The translations under genes were made by a program, and so were the position numbers. Below, piece after piece: positions 1 to 11,720 of a stretch of 64,000 nucleotides of DNA. The first letter of the stretch is position 1. Each line of letters opens with the position of its first letter. This stretch comes from Octopus vulgaris (lineage: Eukaryota), in NCBI GenBank assembly GCA_951406725.2, contig OX597814.1, positions 53,568,001-53,632,000 of the forward strand, written 5' to 3'. The notes beneath the pieces were generated by a model, which was not told the DNA's origin, did not search any database, and saw nothing but the letters and a program-made list of their open reading frames with translations.

Positions 1-142
1 GCTACATGCGTGTGCTCGCACACACACAAGCGTGCGCGTACATATGATTTGTTTCATTGACACAAATTTGCATATTTATCGGGAGAAGCTGTGGTAGAAA
101 TAATCAACACTAAATAAAATTGACGGGTAAAAATGAAGCTTC

Positions 143-262
143 TCATAAGCTTCTTGCGTCATCATCATGTTCATCATCATCCTCATCCTCATCCTCATCC
201 TCATCATCATCATCGTCATCACCATCATCATCCTCATCATTATCATCATCGTCATCATCCTC

Positions 263-314
<52 letters not shown>

Positions 315-330
315 CCATCCTCATCATTAT
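143..330. repeat. (CAT)n/(CCT) trinucleotide microsatellite
   Basis: Directly visible; explains the poly-M/S/H/D/I ORFs. Confidence 0.97.
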
Positions 331-1354
331 CTCTGGCATCCCTCGATATCATGCATTTATCTCCACGACGACTGTACTAGCCTATATTTGACTTTAAAAA
401 CGCTGACGATGAAGACATGAAAATTGGAATGCTGCTAACTCTTATGAATTCTCGTTATCAGCCTGGTTCCATCTCTCGATGTCTTCCTCTTTCAACTTTC
501 ATTTCGCGGCTACTTTGAAAGAAATTGCACCCAATGTGACATTTAATCTTTAGCGCAAATATCTGCAGCAACAAAAGTACACGAAGAAATAGTTTTAAAT
601 TTCAACATCGAACAAAATATAGATCTCCATTATTATTATTATGTTTTTATTTTATTTTTGTCGTTTTGTCTGGGAAGTCTTGTTACATTATAGCATACAT
701 GTCATCTTATAGTCCCCGCAGTCATAATTTAGATTGTAATTAGTCTGTCGCCAAAGTTTTACTTTTTTATTTTCTTTTTGGTTATAAATGCTCACCGATT
801 ACCTTGAGATGTCTCATTTTACAGAAGCTAATCCTAGCTTTCATGGCGTAGCGTAGTTAAATAACAGATTTCTGTTATCTGGATAAAACGAGCTAATGTA
901 AGATACTGTATAAGGTTTCTTGGCTTACTAAAAACAGCAGAAAAGTTTTCCTCAAGTAACCCCATCTTCTCTTTAAAAAAGAGAAGGAAATATTGGTTAA
1001 TATTGTTAGAGATGTATTGCAACAAATAAAAGGTGGAATGGTCAAGGTTGATAAGCCTTTGGCCATAGAGCTACTCAATCTGATTTGTCCTGAGGCTAAA
1101 CAATATCAACAACGAAAAATAACTTATTGTGCTTCCCAAGTATCTTATCTCAGTCATGGAAAAATAAGGAATCTTCACTTATAAAGCTCCACTTCTTATC
1201 GTTATGAAGTCTACTTACATTTCCTTAGGTTTAAAATTCTAAGTAAAGTAGCATTACACATATAAAGGATTATGATATGGAAAATATCCACCTTCCTGCC
1301 AGTAAGCAGGAGCTCCCATAACTAGACCAACTACGACTAATGGAACACTTGCTA

Positions 1355-1810
1355 TGAATTAGCAGAATCGTTAGAGATTCAAACAAAATGTCTTGCGGTG
1401 TCGGTGAGTGTTAATGGTAGTTGGTGGCGATTGCTTGTAGTTGCTTTTAATCTACGAAAGGTTGATAAAATAAAGCAGCAGTCATGTACCGGAGTCGATA
1501 TACTCGACTGGTTCCCTGCACCACCCACTCCGACATATCGAAGTATTTGTGTCTGTGTTAAAAATTAATATTAATAACACGGCCAGGACAAGGGATTGGC
1601 AAACTCATTAGAATGTCAGGGAAAAAAACTGCCTTGGGGTGTTTGTTTCTAGACCTTTATGTTCTGAGTTCAGATCCTGCTGAATTTAACTTTGACTTTC
1701 ATCCTTGTGGAGTTGATTATATATAGTACCAGTTAAGTGCTGGGACTGATTTAATGGGCTAATCTTATCACCATACACACAGAGGAAATTTTAGCCTTGT
1801 ATCTATGCCA
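1355..1810 (+). mobile_element. Degenerate Deu/Nin-domain SINE fragments
   Basis: ttatgttctgagttcagatcc...ctttcatccttgtggagttgat...agtaccagtt resembles the intact copy at 15762-15992. Confidence 0.6.
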
Positions 1811-2529
1811 CAAATCAATATTGATATCAAACGTAAGTCTGGGTCTTTTTTAACGTTCCTGAAAAGAACATCTGCTAGTGTCCCTCCGTTCTTTATTTTA
1901 ATTGTCTTTAGAGCTGTAGAAGTAAAATGAGTTTTATTTCTGACGCATTTTTAAAGACAGTAATTTCTAAAGAAAAAATTAGAAGTGAAGAAATCAAATA
2001 CCTTAGCTAATTCTAACTCTTGTTAAATACTTCATGCAATGTTTACTCTTAGCATATTATTCTGTACTGTCTCGACGTCCTGAATTTAAATTCCGAAAAT
2101 CGCCTTTGCTTTTCATTCTATCATATCTGTGAAATAGATACTGTTAATATACACATCGGTGTTGATTTAATCAGCAGTATGAAGATTGACTTTGTACCAG
2201 TCGTGTAAACGGAGCAAATAATTGTGTAACATCAATTTGCTATATATAATTACAGTTTGCCACATTAAGAAATGTAGCCAACACGATACTTGTCATTAAT
2301 CAAAACTATATCCTTATTTAGAAAAAGTAAACATTGTTGAAGAATATTTAGCTCAACCAAACAAAAGCAAAAAGGACCACTAAAACTTATTTTGTAATGG
2401 GTTGATACACGAATTAAAATTAGAATAGGCCATATAAAGGAAAACTACCCAGTACTCTGTCCAAGAAAATGCCACACAAAATTTTGCACTCTTACTTCTT
2501 CCACCGTTTCTTAAATTACAATATAGAAG

Positions 2530-3060
2530 CACGGCTCCATCGCAACTTGCATTTTGCAGACGATATCAACAAAATGGGAATCAGAGAAATAGAATTCTTG
2601 GAAGGCACCCATAGCCTGGAAAGTACGCCAGGAATATCCGAAATAGAGGTCTGTTAAGAAAAAGCGCGATTCTGATCAACAGACACAAACAAAATACCGA
2701 GGCCAACATCCTATTGAACGGATTAAGCTTAAAGTAGATAATATTAAATACGTTGTGCCAACTTTAAATAAAGACGATAACTCAGTAAAAGAGTCCAAAA
2801 CAAGACACGGTCTGACCTCATTTACCATGGCAAAGATCAGCGTCATATGAAAAAGTAGGTCTATCAGTTTTACCTTAAAGCTTTTCTGTCTTTATGAACT
2901 GGAGCAAAAGCTGAACACTTTCAATCTACACGAACGAAGAGTGCAGGCGTTCGGTTACAAGAACCTCAGAACACAGGCCGTAAGACAAAAAGCTCTGTTA
3001 GACAGCAGGTGACTAAGTATCGTGGAAGGATGCCTGGCAGCAAGTAACCAAACCACAAGC
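2530..3060 (+). mobile_element. RTE-type LINE reverse transcriptase remnant
   Basis: NLHFADDI (FADD motif), then IKYVVPTLNKDDNSVKESKTR and ERRVQAF, broken by stops and frameshifts. Confidence 0.7.
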
Positions 3061-3329
3061 AGGAGCCCTCCAATGCCGAAAGCGCACCTAGTACCGACAT
3101 GAATCTTCCCATGATTCCCTGTCCCCAGCCATTATTCAGGACACAAATGGAAGAGCAGGAAGGAAAGGAAGACTAAGAAAATATTAGTCCGACATCAAGG
3201 GTTAAATAGGTTTCAACACCTAGGCCTTGCTATGTGTGATATAACGAAGAACAGGGATCAGCGGCGCTTACTGACTGGCATAACGTCAAGGCTGGTATAC
3301 CTGCCCCAGGGACTGGCTGTGATAGGCAC

Positions 3330-3442
3330 GGGATGATAATGAGGATAGTGATGTGGATGAGGATGATAATGATGATGATGATAATGATGATGATGATGAG
3401 GAGGAGGAGGAGGAGGAGGAAGCGGAGGAGAAGGAAGATGAA

Positions 3443-3475
<33 letters not shown>

Positions 3476-3522
3476 GGATGGGGGAGGAAGCGAAGGAGAA
3501 GGAAGATGGAGGAGGAGGATAT
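3330..3522. repeat. (GAT)n-(GAG)n compound microsatellite
   Basis: Directly visible. Confidence 0.95.
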
Positions 3523-4149
3523 TTCAGTATGTGACTCGATAAGCTTTATGAATTTACCTTGTCCAATAAATGTCATGTCACACTGATCGATGGAACTAAT
3601 AATTTTGTACATTACATTCTGGGTAACGGCTGTGTTGCACGCAACCCCGCTACACAAAACCAGTTATTTCTCCTTGTTATAATATTATTACTATTATAAC
3701 ACATAGCTAAAACCGTGCATTTGTTATTCATGAGTTCTGTAACTAAGAAACAAGGGAGAAAAAAACAAAACAAAGTCATCTCCTGGATCACTTTGATGTT
3801 CAATAAACAATACTTGTACTTGCAATAGCATTGTTAAATCAAAACTAACAACGTTTTCATTACTCATGTATTCGAATCAGCTAGTGAAATTATTTTCTGC
3901 AAAAAGTATAGTTACCATGGAAACACGAAAATATTAGAACCACATTCACAGATGTAATACAATACAATACACTGAATTTCTATGGAATTAGATTACAAAA
4001 TGCTACACGAACCCACAGAAAGGATATGGTCATTAAAAAAAAATGGAAAGTCACATAAGTTCAGACATGGCTGTGTAGTTTTGGGTTCAGTCACACTGCA
4101 AGGCACCTTGGGAATTTGGCAGGGAGAAACTAGGCAAAGGTCGTCGTAA

Positions 4150-4253
4150 ATCTCCAAACGTAAAATACTTTTTCTATTCCTGAGCGTTATACTAATACAT
4201 CTGTTTGTTTTGTACACCACCTGTCTTCGTCTTTTGTTTTTTTCGTAAACTCT

Positions 4254-4257
<4 letters not shown>
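4150..4257 (+). mobile_element. Short PLE-type 3' terminus abutting (TA)n
   Basis: Near-identical to the reverse complement of 50952-51055; related to 58672-58830. Confidence 0.7.
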
Positions 4258-4299
<42 letters not shown>

Positions 4300-4361
4300 A
4301 TAAAACGGTAAGATAACAAAAGAAAGAAAGAGACCTCAATATTATGTAAATAGAGTAAATT

Positions 4362-4561
4362 TATCTATACAATATGTTACATTACTCGGTAGTCAAGATA
4401 AAACTCTGAGTTTCAGATGCCGAAGTGGAAATCCACAACACCATCTCTTCGGTTATCTGGAGCCAGATAACCGAAGAGATGGTGTTGTGGATTTCCACTT
4501 CGGCATCTGAAACTCAGAGTTTTATCTTGACTACCGAGTAATGTAACATATTGTATAGATA
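4362..4561. repeat. Perfect inverted repeat (99-bp arms, 2-nt loop) carrying a minimal type I hammerhead-like motif on each strand
   Basis: 4362-4460 is the reverse complement of 4463-4561; AGATAA-CCGAAGA-GATG..CATCT-GAAA-CTC.A.GAG-TT-TTATCT at 4465-4527. Confidence 0.92.
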
Positions 4562-4574
4562 TATATATATATAT

Positions 4575-4698
4575 ATATAAGAATTTTTTGCGTAATAAGA
4601 TAAAAAAAAACCAAGGCTGTAAGACCTTCTATCTATAAATGCTCTAATATCTACACAGCCTTGGTTTTTTATCTTATTACGCAAAAAATTCTTATATA
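4575..4698. repeat. Foldback element (~45-bp arms, ~34-nt spacer) next to a TA tract
   Basis: ataagaattttttgcgtaataagat(a)nccaaggctgt versus acagccttgg(t)natcttattacgcaaaaaattcttat. Confidence 0.9.
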
Positions 4699-4821
4699 CA
4701 CACGCTGACATAGAACCAATGCTGAACCCTTTATTCGCAATATTACCGAATCTGGAACTTAACTATGGTGTGTCTCTAGCACTTATTCAGCATTACCTGA
4801 CACCTTTAGGTCTCAATGACA

Positions 4822-4874
<53 letters not shown>

Positions 4875-5317
4875 ACTACCGTCTTTTTCTTTTCTTTCTA
4901 CTTCTTTCTCTTCTTTTCCTATTCCTTCTTTTTCTTCGCCGCCTCCTTCCTCGGCTACTGTTGCTTAAACAATCAAAATCGAGAACCGACATTCCTCTAC
5001 ACCCTTATTAACTATTTCTTCAGGTCTGCTACTACCTACCGAGCCTTCACAAAAGTAAAAGAGAGAGACAGACAGACAGACAGACAGAAAAACGGAAAAT
5101 GTCCTACCAATTTGAAGACTATGGAAATATTTTTTAAAAAAACATTTCATTTGATCTTTCTACGATTCAATTGTTTTTCTTCCTTTACTCTAAGTTGAAA
5201 AAGTCGAAAAAACAGAAACTGGTACTAAAATGTTCTTCATGATAAAATTATTTTAACATTAAATAGATAAACATAAGGACAGGCAGTTAGGCAGAGAGAG
5301 AAACAGACAGACGGTCG

Positions 5318-5319
<2 letters not shown>

Positions 5320-5401
<82 letters not shown>

Positions 5402-5478
5402 TGTCAACATGTAAGTATATGTATACATGAATGTGTGTGTGTGTGTGTGTGTGTATGTGTGTGTGTGTGTGTATGCGT

Positions 5479-5517
<39 letters not shown>

Positions 5518-5712
5518 CATCTGTGTTCTCTCGCCGCTTTACAACCGATTTTGATTTGTTTACGATCTCATAATGAATGGGAAAAAAGATATCGATAGAA
5601 TAAGTAGTAGACCTAAAACAATACGGAGGTCGATTTAATCAACCAGATACTTCAAGGTTATGCCCACGCATGGTCTGGTCGCTATGACTGAAACTAGTAA
5701 TTGCTAAAAGAG
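5320..5712 (+). repeat. (AGAT)n, (GT)n and decayed 3' half of a CORE-type SINE
   Basis: Microsatellites visible; acaaccgat...gatagaataagta...atgactgaaac matches the 3' half of copies at 47488 and 57432. Confidence 0.7.
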
Positions 5713-5954
5713 TAACAGGGAGGAAAATCATAGGGAAAATGTTGCTGGAAAACTCCAATAAATTACTGCTTTTTGTGTTTATTGTTATATTTAAGAATAT
5801 ATTACAATGTTTTTTGTTTCGTTGTTATAGTTAAGAAAGAAAATGAAACATTATTTTTTTTTTTTCATTTCACATACGAGTTATGCTATTATATCAATTA
5901 TGTTGCCATTACGTGTAAGCAACGTATCGTCTGCAAATAAATGACTTAAAATAT

Positions 5955-6152
5955 CGGTTTCAAATTTTGGCACAAGGGGATAAGTCTGTTACATTGATCC
6001 CAGTGCTCAACTGGTAATTATTTTATCGACTCCGAAAGGATGAAAGGCAAAGTCAACCTCGGCGGAATTTGAACTCAGAACGTAAAGACAGTCGAAATGC
6101 TGCTAAGCATTTTGCTCGGCGTGCTAACGATTCTGCCAGCTCTCCGTCTTAA
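5955..6152 (-). mobile_element. Deu/Nin-domain tRNA SINE
   Basis: Reverse complement contains gcctttcatcctttcggagtcgataaaa and tail ccttgtgccaaaatttgaaacc. Confidence 0.9.
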
Positions 6153-6204
6153 ATGACTTGAAATATTAATTGCTTAAATTGCTCGCTATCTACAATTTTG
6201 TTTT

Positions 6205-6680
6205 CGTGACTGTCCTCACCTATGATTATGAATGATGAGTAATGATCGGAAGTGAACAATCGCAAATACAAACGGCCGAATTGGCGTTCCTTCGAAAGAT
6301 AGCTTGACTAACGTTACTCGACAGGGTGTGTAATTCGGAGATGAGGGTGTCTCTCCATGTCGAGCATTGAGAGGTATCTAGAATCACAGGAAAGAATCGC
6401 AGGACAGATTCTTCAAGTCAAGTCAACTGGCAGTAGACCCAAAGGCAGACCAAGAACGCGATGGCTGGAAAATATCCATAATCTTAGTTAGTCACGCTTG
6501 GGAATCTAGCTGGAAAGTGTTATGACGGCTGCTTCTGATAGGAGATTATGGAGGATGTACTCGAAGATTCTACCCAAACGACCCTCTCAGGAATTGTAGG
6601 AAGGGTAGGAGGAGGAGAGGAAGAAAGGAAGGAAAGATTGATGAATGAATGGATGGATGGATGGATGGATGGATAGATGA
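6205..6680 (+). mobile_element. RTE (Rex3/Expander-like) LINE 3' end with (GGAT)n tail
   Basis: SQIQTAELAFLRKIA*LTLLDRVCNSEMR and GSRPKGRPRTRWLENI are typical of the RTE C-terminus. Confidence 0.8.
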
Positions 6681-6819
6681 AGGTTCCGTTATTAAAGTTA
6701 TGTAATTTAAATGTGACATTTTTTCCTAGCTAAAATGGTGACTTTTTCCGGCGGTTTATTCCAGTTCACCTACTCCATAACACTACGCTTCTTAATTTTA
6801 TAATACACTATTCTTTGAG

Positions 6820-7030
6820 ACAACGAAGGAGAGGGCTCCACGTAGTCACTTGATCTGCTGGAATTAACAACCACATCTCCCTTAAATCATACCTAACCAT
6901 CTTAAGGAAAAGGAAAGAGATCACAAAGTTCAAAATCACTAAGCATAAAAAAAGACAAATTAGTCTTGGTTGGAATATCTTTGATCATTTGTCTGCTAAA
7001 TCAACTATACTTGAGGGTTAAACAGCAATA
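6820..7030 (+). mobile_element. Unclassified SINE-like repeat; decayed opposite-strand copy at ~10580-10800
   Basis: Blocks aaatcatacctaaccatcttaag and ggaatatctttgatca are shared between the two loci. Confidence 0.45.
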
Positions 7031-7179
7031 ACATTACATTACGGTATATAAAAAATATCGCTTAACTGTTTCTTCTTAAATTTCCGTGAATATTTGCTAA
7101 ATGAATTTTTATTCACGACAATCACAATAATTATTTACGTGGTAAGATCGGCAGATTACCGAACTTGATGCTCGGAAGT

Positions 7180-7205
7180 ATTTATCTATTTACTTATTTA
7201 TTTAT

Positions 7206-7254
<49 letters not shown>

Positions 7255-7341
7255 ATAATCTTCATCATGATCATGATCATCATCACCACTACCCCCATCC
7301 TCATCATCATTATCATCACCATCATCAGCATCATCTTCATC

Positions 7342-7403
<62 letters not shown>

Positions 7404-7445
7404 TAACAATAATGATATTAATGATGATGATGATGATGAAGAAGA
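7180..7445. repeat. (TTAG)n, (CAT)n, (AAT)n, (GAT)n compound microsatellite
   Basis: Directly visible. Confidence 0.95.
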
Positions 7446-8439
7446 AGGTTTTGAAATTGATTTTGCTTTCATCTCACTGGGGAGCAATAAGTGCTTATAA
7501 TGCACTAGGTTCGATTCCATCGATTATGAATCCCATCCGCCCACACCCATTAAGTTGGTGTCTTGTACTAACAGTAGCAACAGCAACAGTAGCAGCAACA
7601 GCAACAACAATCGTTTCTGTCACTGTTATATGAACACCAATTTCTCATCAGTGCTCTCTGATGACACGACTAATCGACAACACTAACAACAGCAACAACA
7701 ACCCTTATAGTAGTAACGTGACAACATTTCTGATTTTAAAAAAAAGCTATCACCACTACTATCATCATCATCACCATCACCATCACCATTACCACGACCA
7801 TATCAATGACAACAACAGTCGAATATCAAAAATCGATCACTCAGGAAAATTCATAGGAAACCACAAGGAGAAAACAAACAATTTATGATTTGATATTTGA
7901 AGACTTTTGTGTATAAAATATGCTGTTTCCTTATTTACTCAACTAAATCAATAAGATTTTCTATGCAACAAACAGGATACATAATACTAATGACCCATCA
8001 CTACTAGATGATCTATGGCCGGCATAAGCCTGGATGTCGCTAATGGAATAGCGTCATCATTATGAGAATCTGCGTCGTTCAAGCAGATAATTTCGCCAGA
8101 TCTTGTGTTTTATCGTTTGTTATTTTAGTTATTGATATTTTTTTCATTGCTGTCATATTTATTCTGTTGTATAGTTGTATGTTTGGCAATATTCTTGAAT
8201 TATGGTTGTTATTATTACATTAATTGATGCTAGGCTCCCAGAAACTCGGGTTTCCGTGGCGATTTCGATTCCTGATTAGTCTGCAATATTTAATTATCAG
8301 CTTGAATCGTTCTCTCCGTTTGATTTCTTTCATTAGAAATATTCTCTCTGTTGATTTCTTTCATTAGAAATATTTTCTTGAGCTTCAAGTAGAAGAAAAG
8401 ACCTCATATTCGACAATATAGCATTGCATATTACCTTTA

Positions 8440-8473
<34 letters not shown>

Positions 8474-8492
8474 TTTTCTATATCAATCCTAA

Positions 8493-8780
8493 ATGGAGGC
8501 ACATGGCCTCACGGTCAAAAGATCGCGAGTTCGAATCTCAGACCTGGTGATGTGTGTATTTATGACCGAAATACCTAAGCTCCACGCGGATCCGGCAGGA
8601 GGTAATAGCGAACTTCTGCTGACTCTTTCGCTACATATTTCTCTCACCCTTTCCTCCTGCATCTAGCAGCTCACCTGCGACGGACCGGCGTCCCGTCCAG
8701 GTGGGGAACTTATACGCCAAGGAAACCTGGAAACCGGCCCTTGTGAGCCAGGCATAGCTCGAGAAGTAACAAACAACAAA
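8493..8780 (+). mobile_element. V-domain-like tRNA SINE
   Basis: tRNA-like head (B box gagttcgaatc) and cctgcgacggaccggcgtcccgtccagg V-SINE-like block; paralog at 43249-43552. Confidence 0.85.
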
Positions 8781-8931
8781 ACATAGCAATCCTAATAATG
8801 GTGAATATGATGACGACGACGATTGGTAAAAAGGAGGAAGAGGGAAGGTGGTTAGCAGTGACTCGAGTCAAAATAGTTTTATGGTTGCCATATTTTTGTA
8901 ATCCTTCTTATAATATTTTGTATGTACGTAG

Positions 8932-9530
8932 AGCGATGAGCTGGCAGAATCGTTCGCATATCGCGGGGAAATGGTTAGCGGCATTTCGTCTGTCGGTACG
9001 TTCTGAGTTCAAATTCCGCTAATATCGATTTCATCTTCCCTCCTTTTGGGATCGATAAAGTGGGATCGATAAAGTAAGTACTATTTGAGCACTGAGGTCG
9101 ACGTAATCGACTTACCTCTTCCCTCGAAAACTGGTGGCCTTGTACCAAAATTAGCTGGTCGAATCGTTAGCACACCAGACAAAATGCTTAGCGGCATTTA
9201 GTTCGACGTTACGTTCTGAGTTCAAACTCCGCCGGGGTCGACTTTGTCGTTCATCATTTCGGGGTCGATAAATTAAGTACCAGTTACGCACTGGGGTCGA
9301 TATAATCGACTTAATCCGTTTGTCCTCTCTGTGTTTAGTCCCTTGTGGGTAGTAAATAAATTTGGTATTTAGCTCGACGTTACGTTCTGTGTTAAAATTC
9401 CGCCGGGGTCAACTTTGTCGTTCATCCGTTCGGGATTGGTAAATTAAGTACCAGTTGAGTACTAGTATCGATCAAATCGACTTACCCCATCCCACGAAAT
9501 TGCTGGCCTTGTGCCTAAATATGAAACCAA
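8932..9530 (+). mobile_element. Cluster of three Deu/Nin-domain SINE copies
   Basis: Three successive acgttctg.gtt.aaa...agta blocks at ~8932, ~9155 and ~9363. Confidence 0.9.
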
Positions 9531-10036
9531 TATTTTACATGTACGTGTGTGGTGATACTGTGTTCTTACGTGAAAGTCTATACAATTACAGTGAAATACG
9601 TACAAACAAAACACGACTACATATAAGCGTACCAAATATACAAATACACCAATACGCACACACACACACACACACACACAGACACACACACACCCGCGCG
9701 TGTGCACGCGCTCACGCACCCACATATGCACCTGCAATGCAAATAAGCAGTCTACAAGTAAACAAATGGAATAATTAGAAGCACATTTATGATACTTGAC
9801 CAAGTAAAAAAAATACAATTTTAAGGAAGCATTTATATAGTTCCTTGGTTTGATGGAGGGTGTACGTGAGGAATGGTTTGTTGCTGCTGCTGTTGTTGTT
9901 GTTAGCTGTTTCAGTTTAAAACAGTCACGCTTATTTGTGTTATTCCGCACATAATATTATTATTATTATTTTGTTTCGCTGCTGGCGAAGAACTAATATG
10001 CAACTGCACGCCATGTGCACACACACACACACACAC

Positions 10037-10078
<42 letters not shown>

Positions 10079-10260
10079 CTTGGCGAACTGTGGGTACAGA
10101 GTATATTGTAGTATATTTAGGTATAGTGTAAGAGAGCTGTGGAGAGTAGTATTGTACAGTACAATGTATGAATATATCGTGGTTTAGTACAAGGATATAG
10201 TTGTTATAATTAAGCATTGTCTTGCAAACAACTTGCACATGCAAGTGCTACCAGTTAAAA

Positions 10261-10470
10261 GCTCCGTATACCGGAAGCTAGCAAGTGTATGGGGTCATCA
10301 GGAGAGAATGCGCGCCGTTTCGGGGCCTACCTCTCGACGGCATCAATGCGCACCGGCCCCCCTCACTGATATGAGGCCCCGCTTGCTAGATCAGCTGGTT
10401 ATGAAAAACTCAATATACTTCTAGCCATCGCTCATCGTCTCTTTTTAACCAAATCCAATGGCTAGCCTTC
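10261..10470 (-). ncRNA. Candidate structured RNA: hammerhead-like ribozyme with permuted core order
   Basis: Minus strand reads GCCGU-C-GAGAG..GGCCCC-GAA-ACGGC..CUCUC-CUGAUGA-CCCC within an 8-bp closing stem (10278-85/10382-89); GC-rich island with flanking hairpins. Confidence 0.55.
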
Positions 10471-11299
10471 TCCACTGTAGATTGGATATCAGTCATGGTG
10501 GTATTGACTTTACGATGAGTTAGGCAAGTTTTAAACCAAGGTCAAATGGTTATTGTACGAAGCAATACAAAAATTTGCTACTGTTGTTGAATAGCCTTAA
10601 GTGAAAACTGAAAGAACAGAAGTGTGATCAAACGACATTCCAGTGATGGTGATCCATCTTTTTCATTCATTTTTTTTCAAAGATAACGTATTTAAAGGCT
10701 ACACTGGCCATTGTCTCGTCTTCTTAAGACGGTAGTATGTGATTTACAGAAAAATCTTGCAAGCAGAAATATCTAGCAGACTGGACAACCTTAAAGAAGC
10801 GCCTTCTTGGATTTTGAATTGCATTTGAAACTACGAGCTTATGAAACATACATTAATTTTAATGTACTAACACATCATGTAACATCAAGTATTCCACTGT
10901 ATAAGGCTGTTTTGGGGAGTTAAGTGTTTTCTTGGTCACGAACGTAACGTGGTTCCAATTGCAGTATATGAAACAGGGAATTGAACGTGGAGAGTACATT
11001 CTAAAAATGTCGAGCTCTCATGTGTTAACCAGAGATCTTCTAACGTTGATTTTAAATCAATACTTACCAAAATATCATTTAAAAACAGTGATTTTGTGAA
11101 GCACGATAATACTTTGGGGGATAAATAAGAGAGATTAGAGATAAATAAGATCAAAAATTAAGCATTCACCATAAATCACATAATAATCTGATGTTTCATA
11201 CACAAATGTATTTTTACAAAAAGCGGGGTTGATGATAAAACGCGTTTAGGTTTGTTACAGTTCTAGTCAGTATGATGTGGTGAGACTGCATGTTGTTGG

Positions 11300-11720
11300 A
11301 TTGTGAAGAGAGTCGCGTTGTAAATTGCGTTACCTGTGGAAAGGCCTATCAAAGAGACGGCCATCATTGACACTAACTCCACATCAACAGCCAATGCACG
11401 TTGACCAACGGCTCGTTCTATAACATGCATGTATTACGAGTTTACATCGCCTACGAGATAGAGTGTACAAAATGTGGCGAATGCTATATCGACTACACCA
11501 TTCAGCCTTTACACATTCGAATCAAAGTTCGCATCCACATACGCACCTAGTTTGTAAAAAATAGGTAGATAAATTCCAGAGCCGCAGTATGATAATCATA
11601 ATCAGGAACGCAAACCGTAATATCGTGAAATTACGGATCAAAGAAGCTATCTTCATTAAACAATACAAAACAGCCATCAACAATCGATAGGAACTGAACG
11701 AAGTCCATGGGCTAAAATAA
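11300..11720 (+). mobile_element. Penelope-like element GIY-YIG endonuclease remnant
   Basis: AYEIECTKCGECYIDYTIQPLHIRIK and IKEAIFIKQYKTAINNR. Confidence 0.8.

Noticed and set aside
76-420. Poly-M/S/H/D/I ORFs, and similar YI, CV, HT and YLSI repeat ORFs throughout the window
   Set aside because: These are translations of microsatellites with no evidence of coding function.
993-1184. 63-aa plus-strand ORF as a real protein
   Set aside because: Non-ATG start and no recognisable motif or supporting plus-strand splice signals.
7645-7700. CTGATGA as a hammerhead (also CTGACGA at ~403 and ~51931)
   Set aside because: There is no properly placed GAAA with convincing stems; at ~7646-7665 it is just a small tcatcag/ctgatga hairpin.
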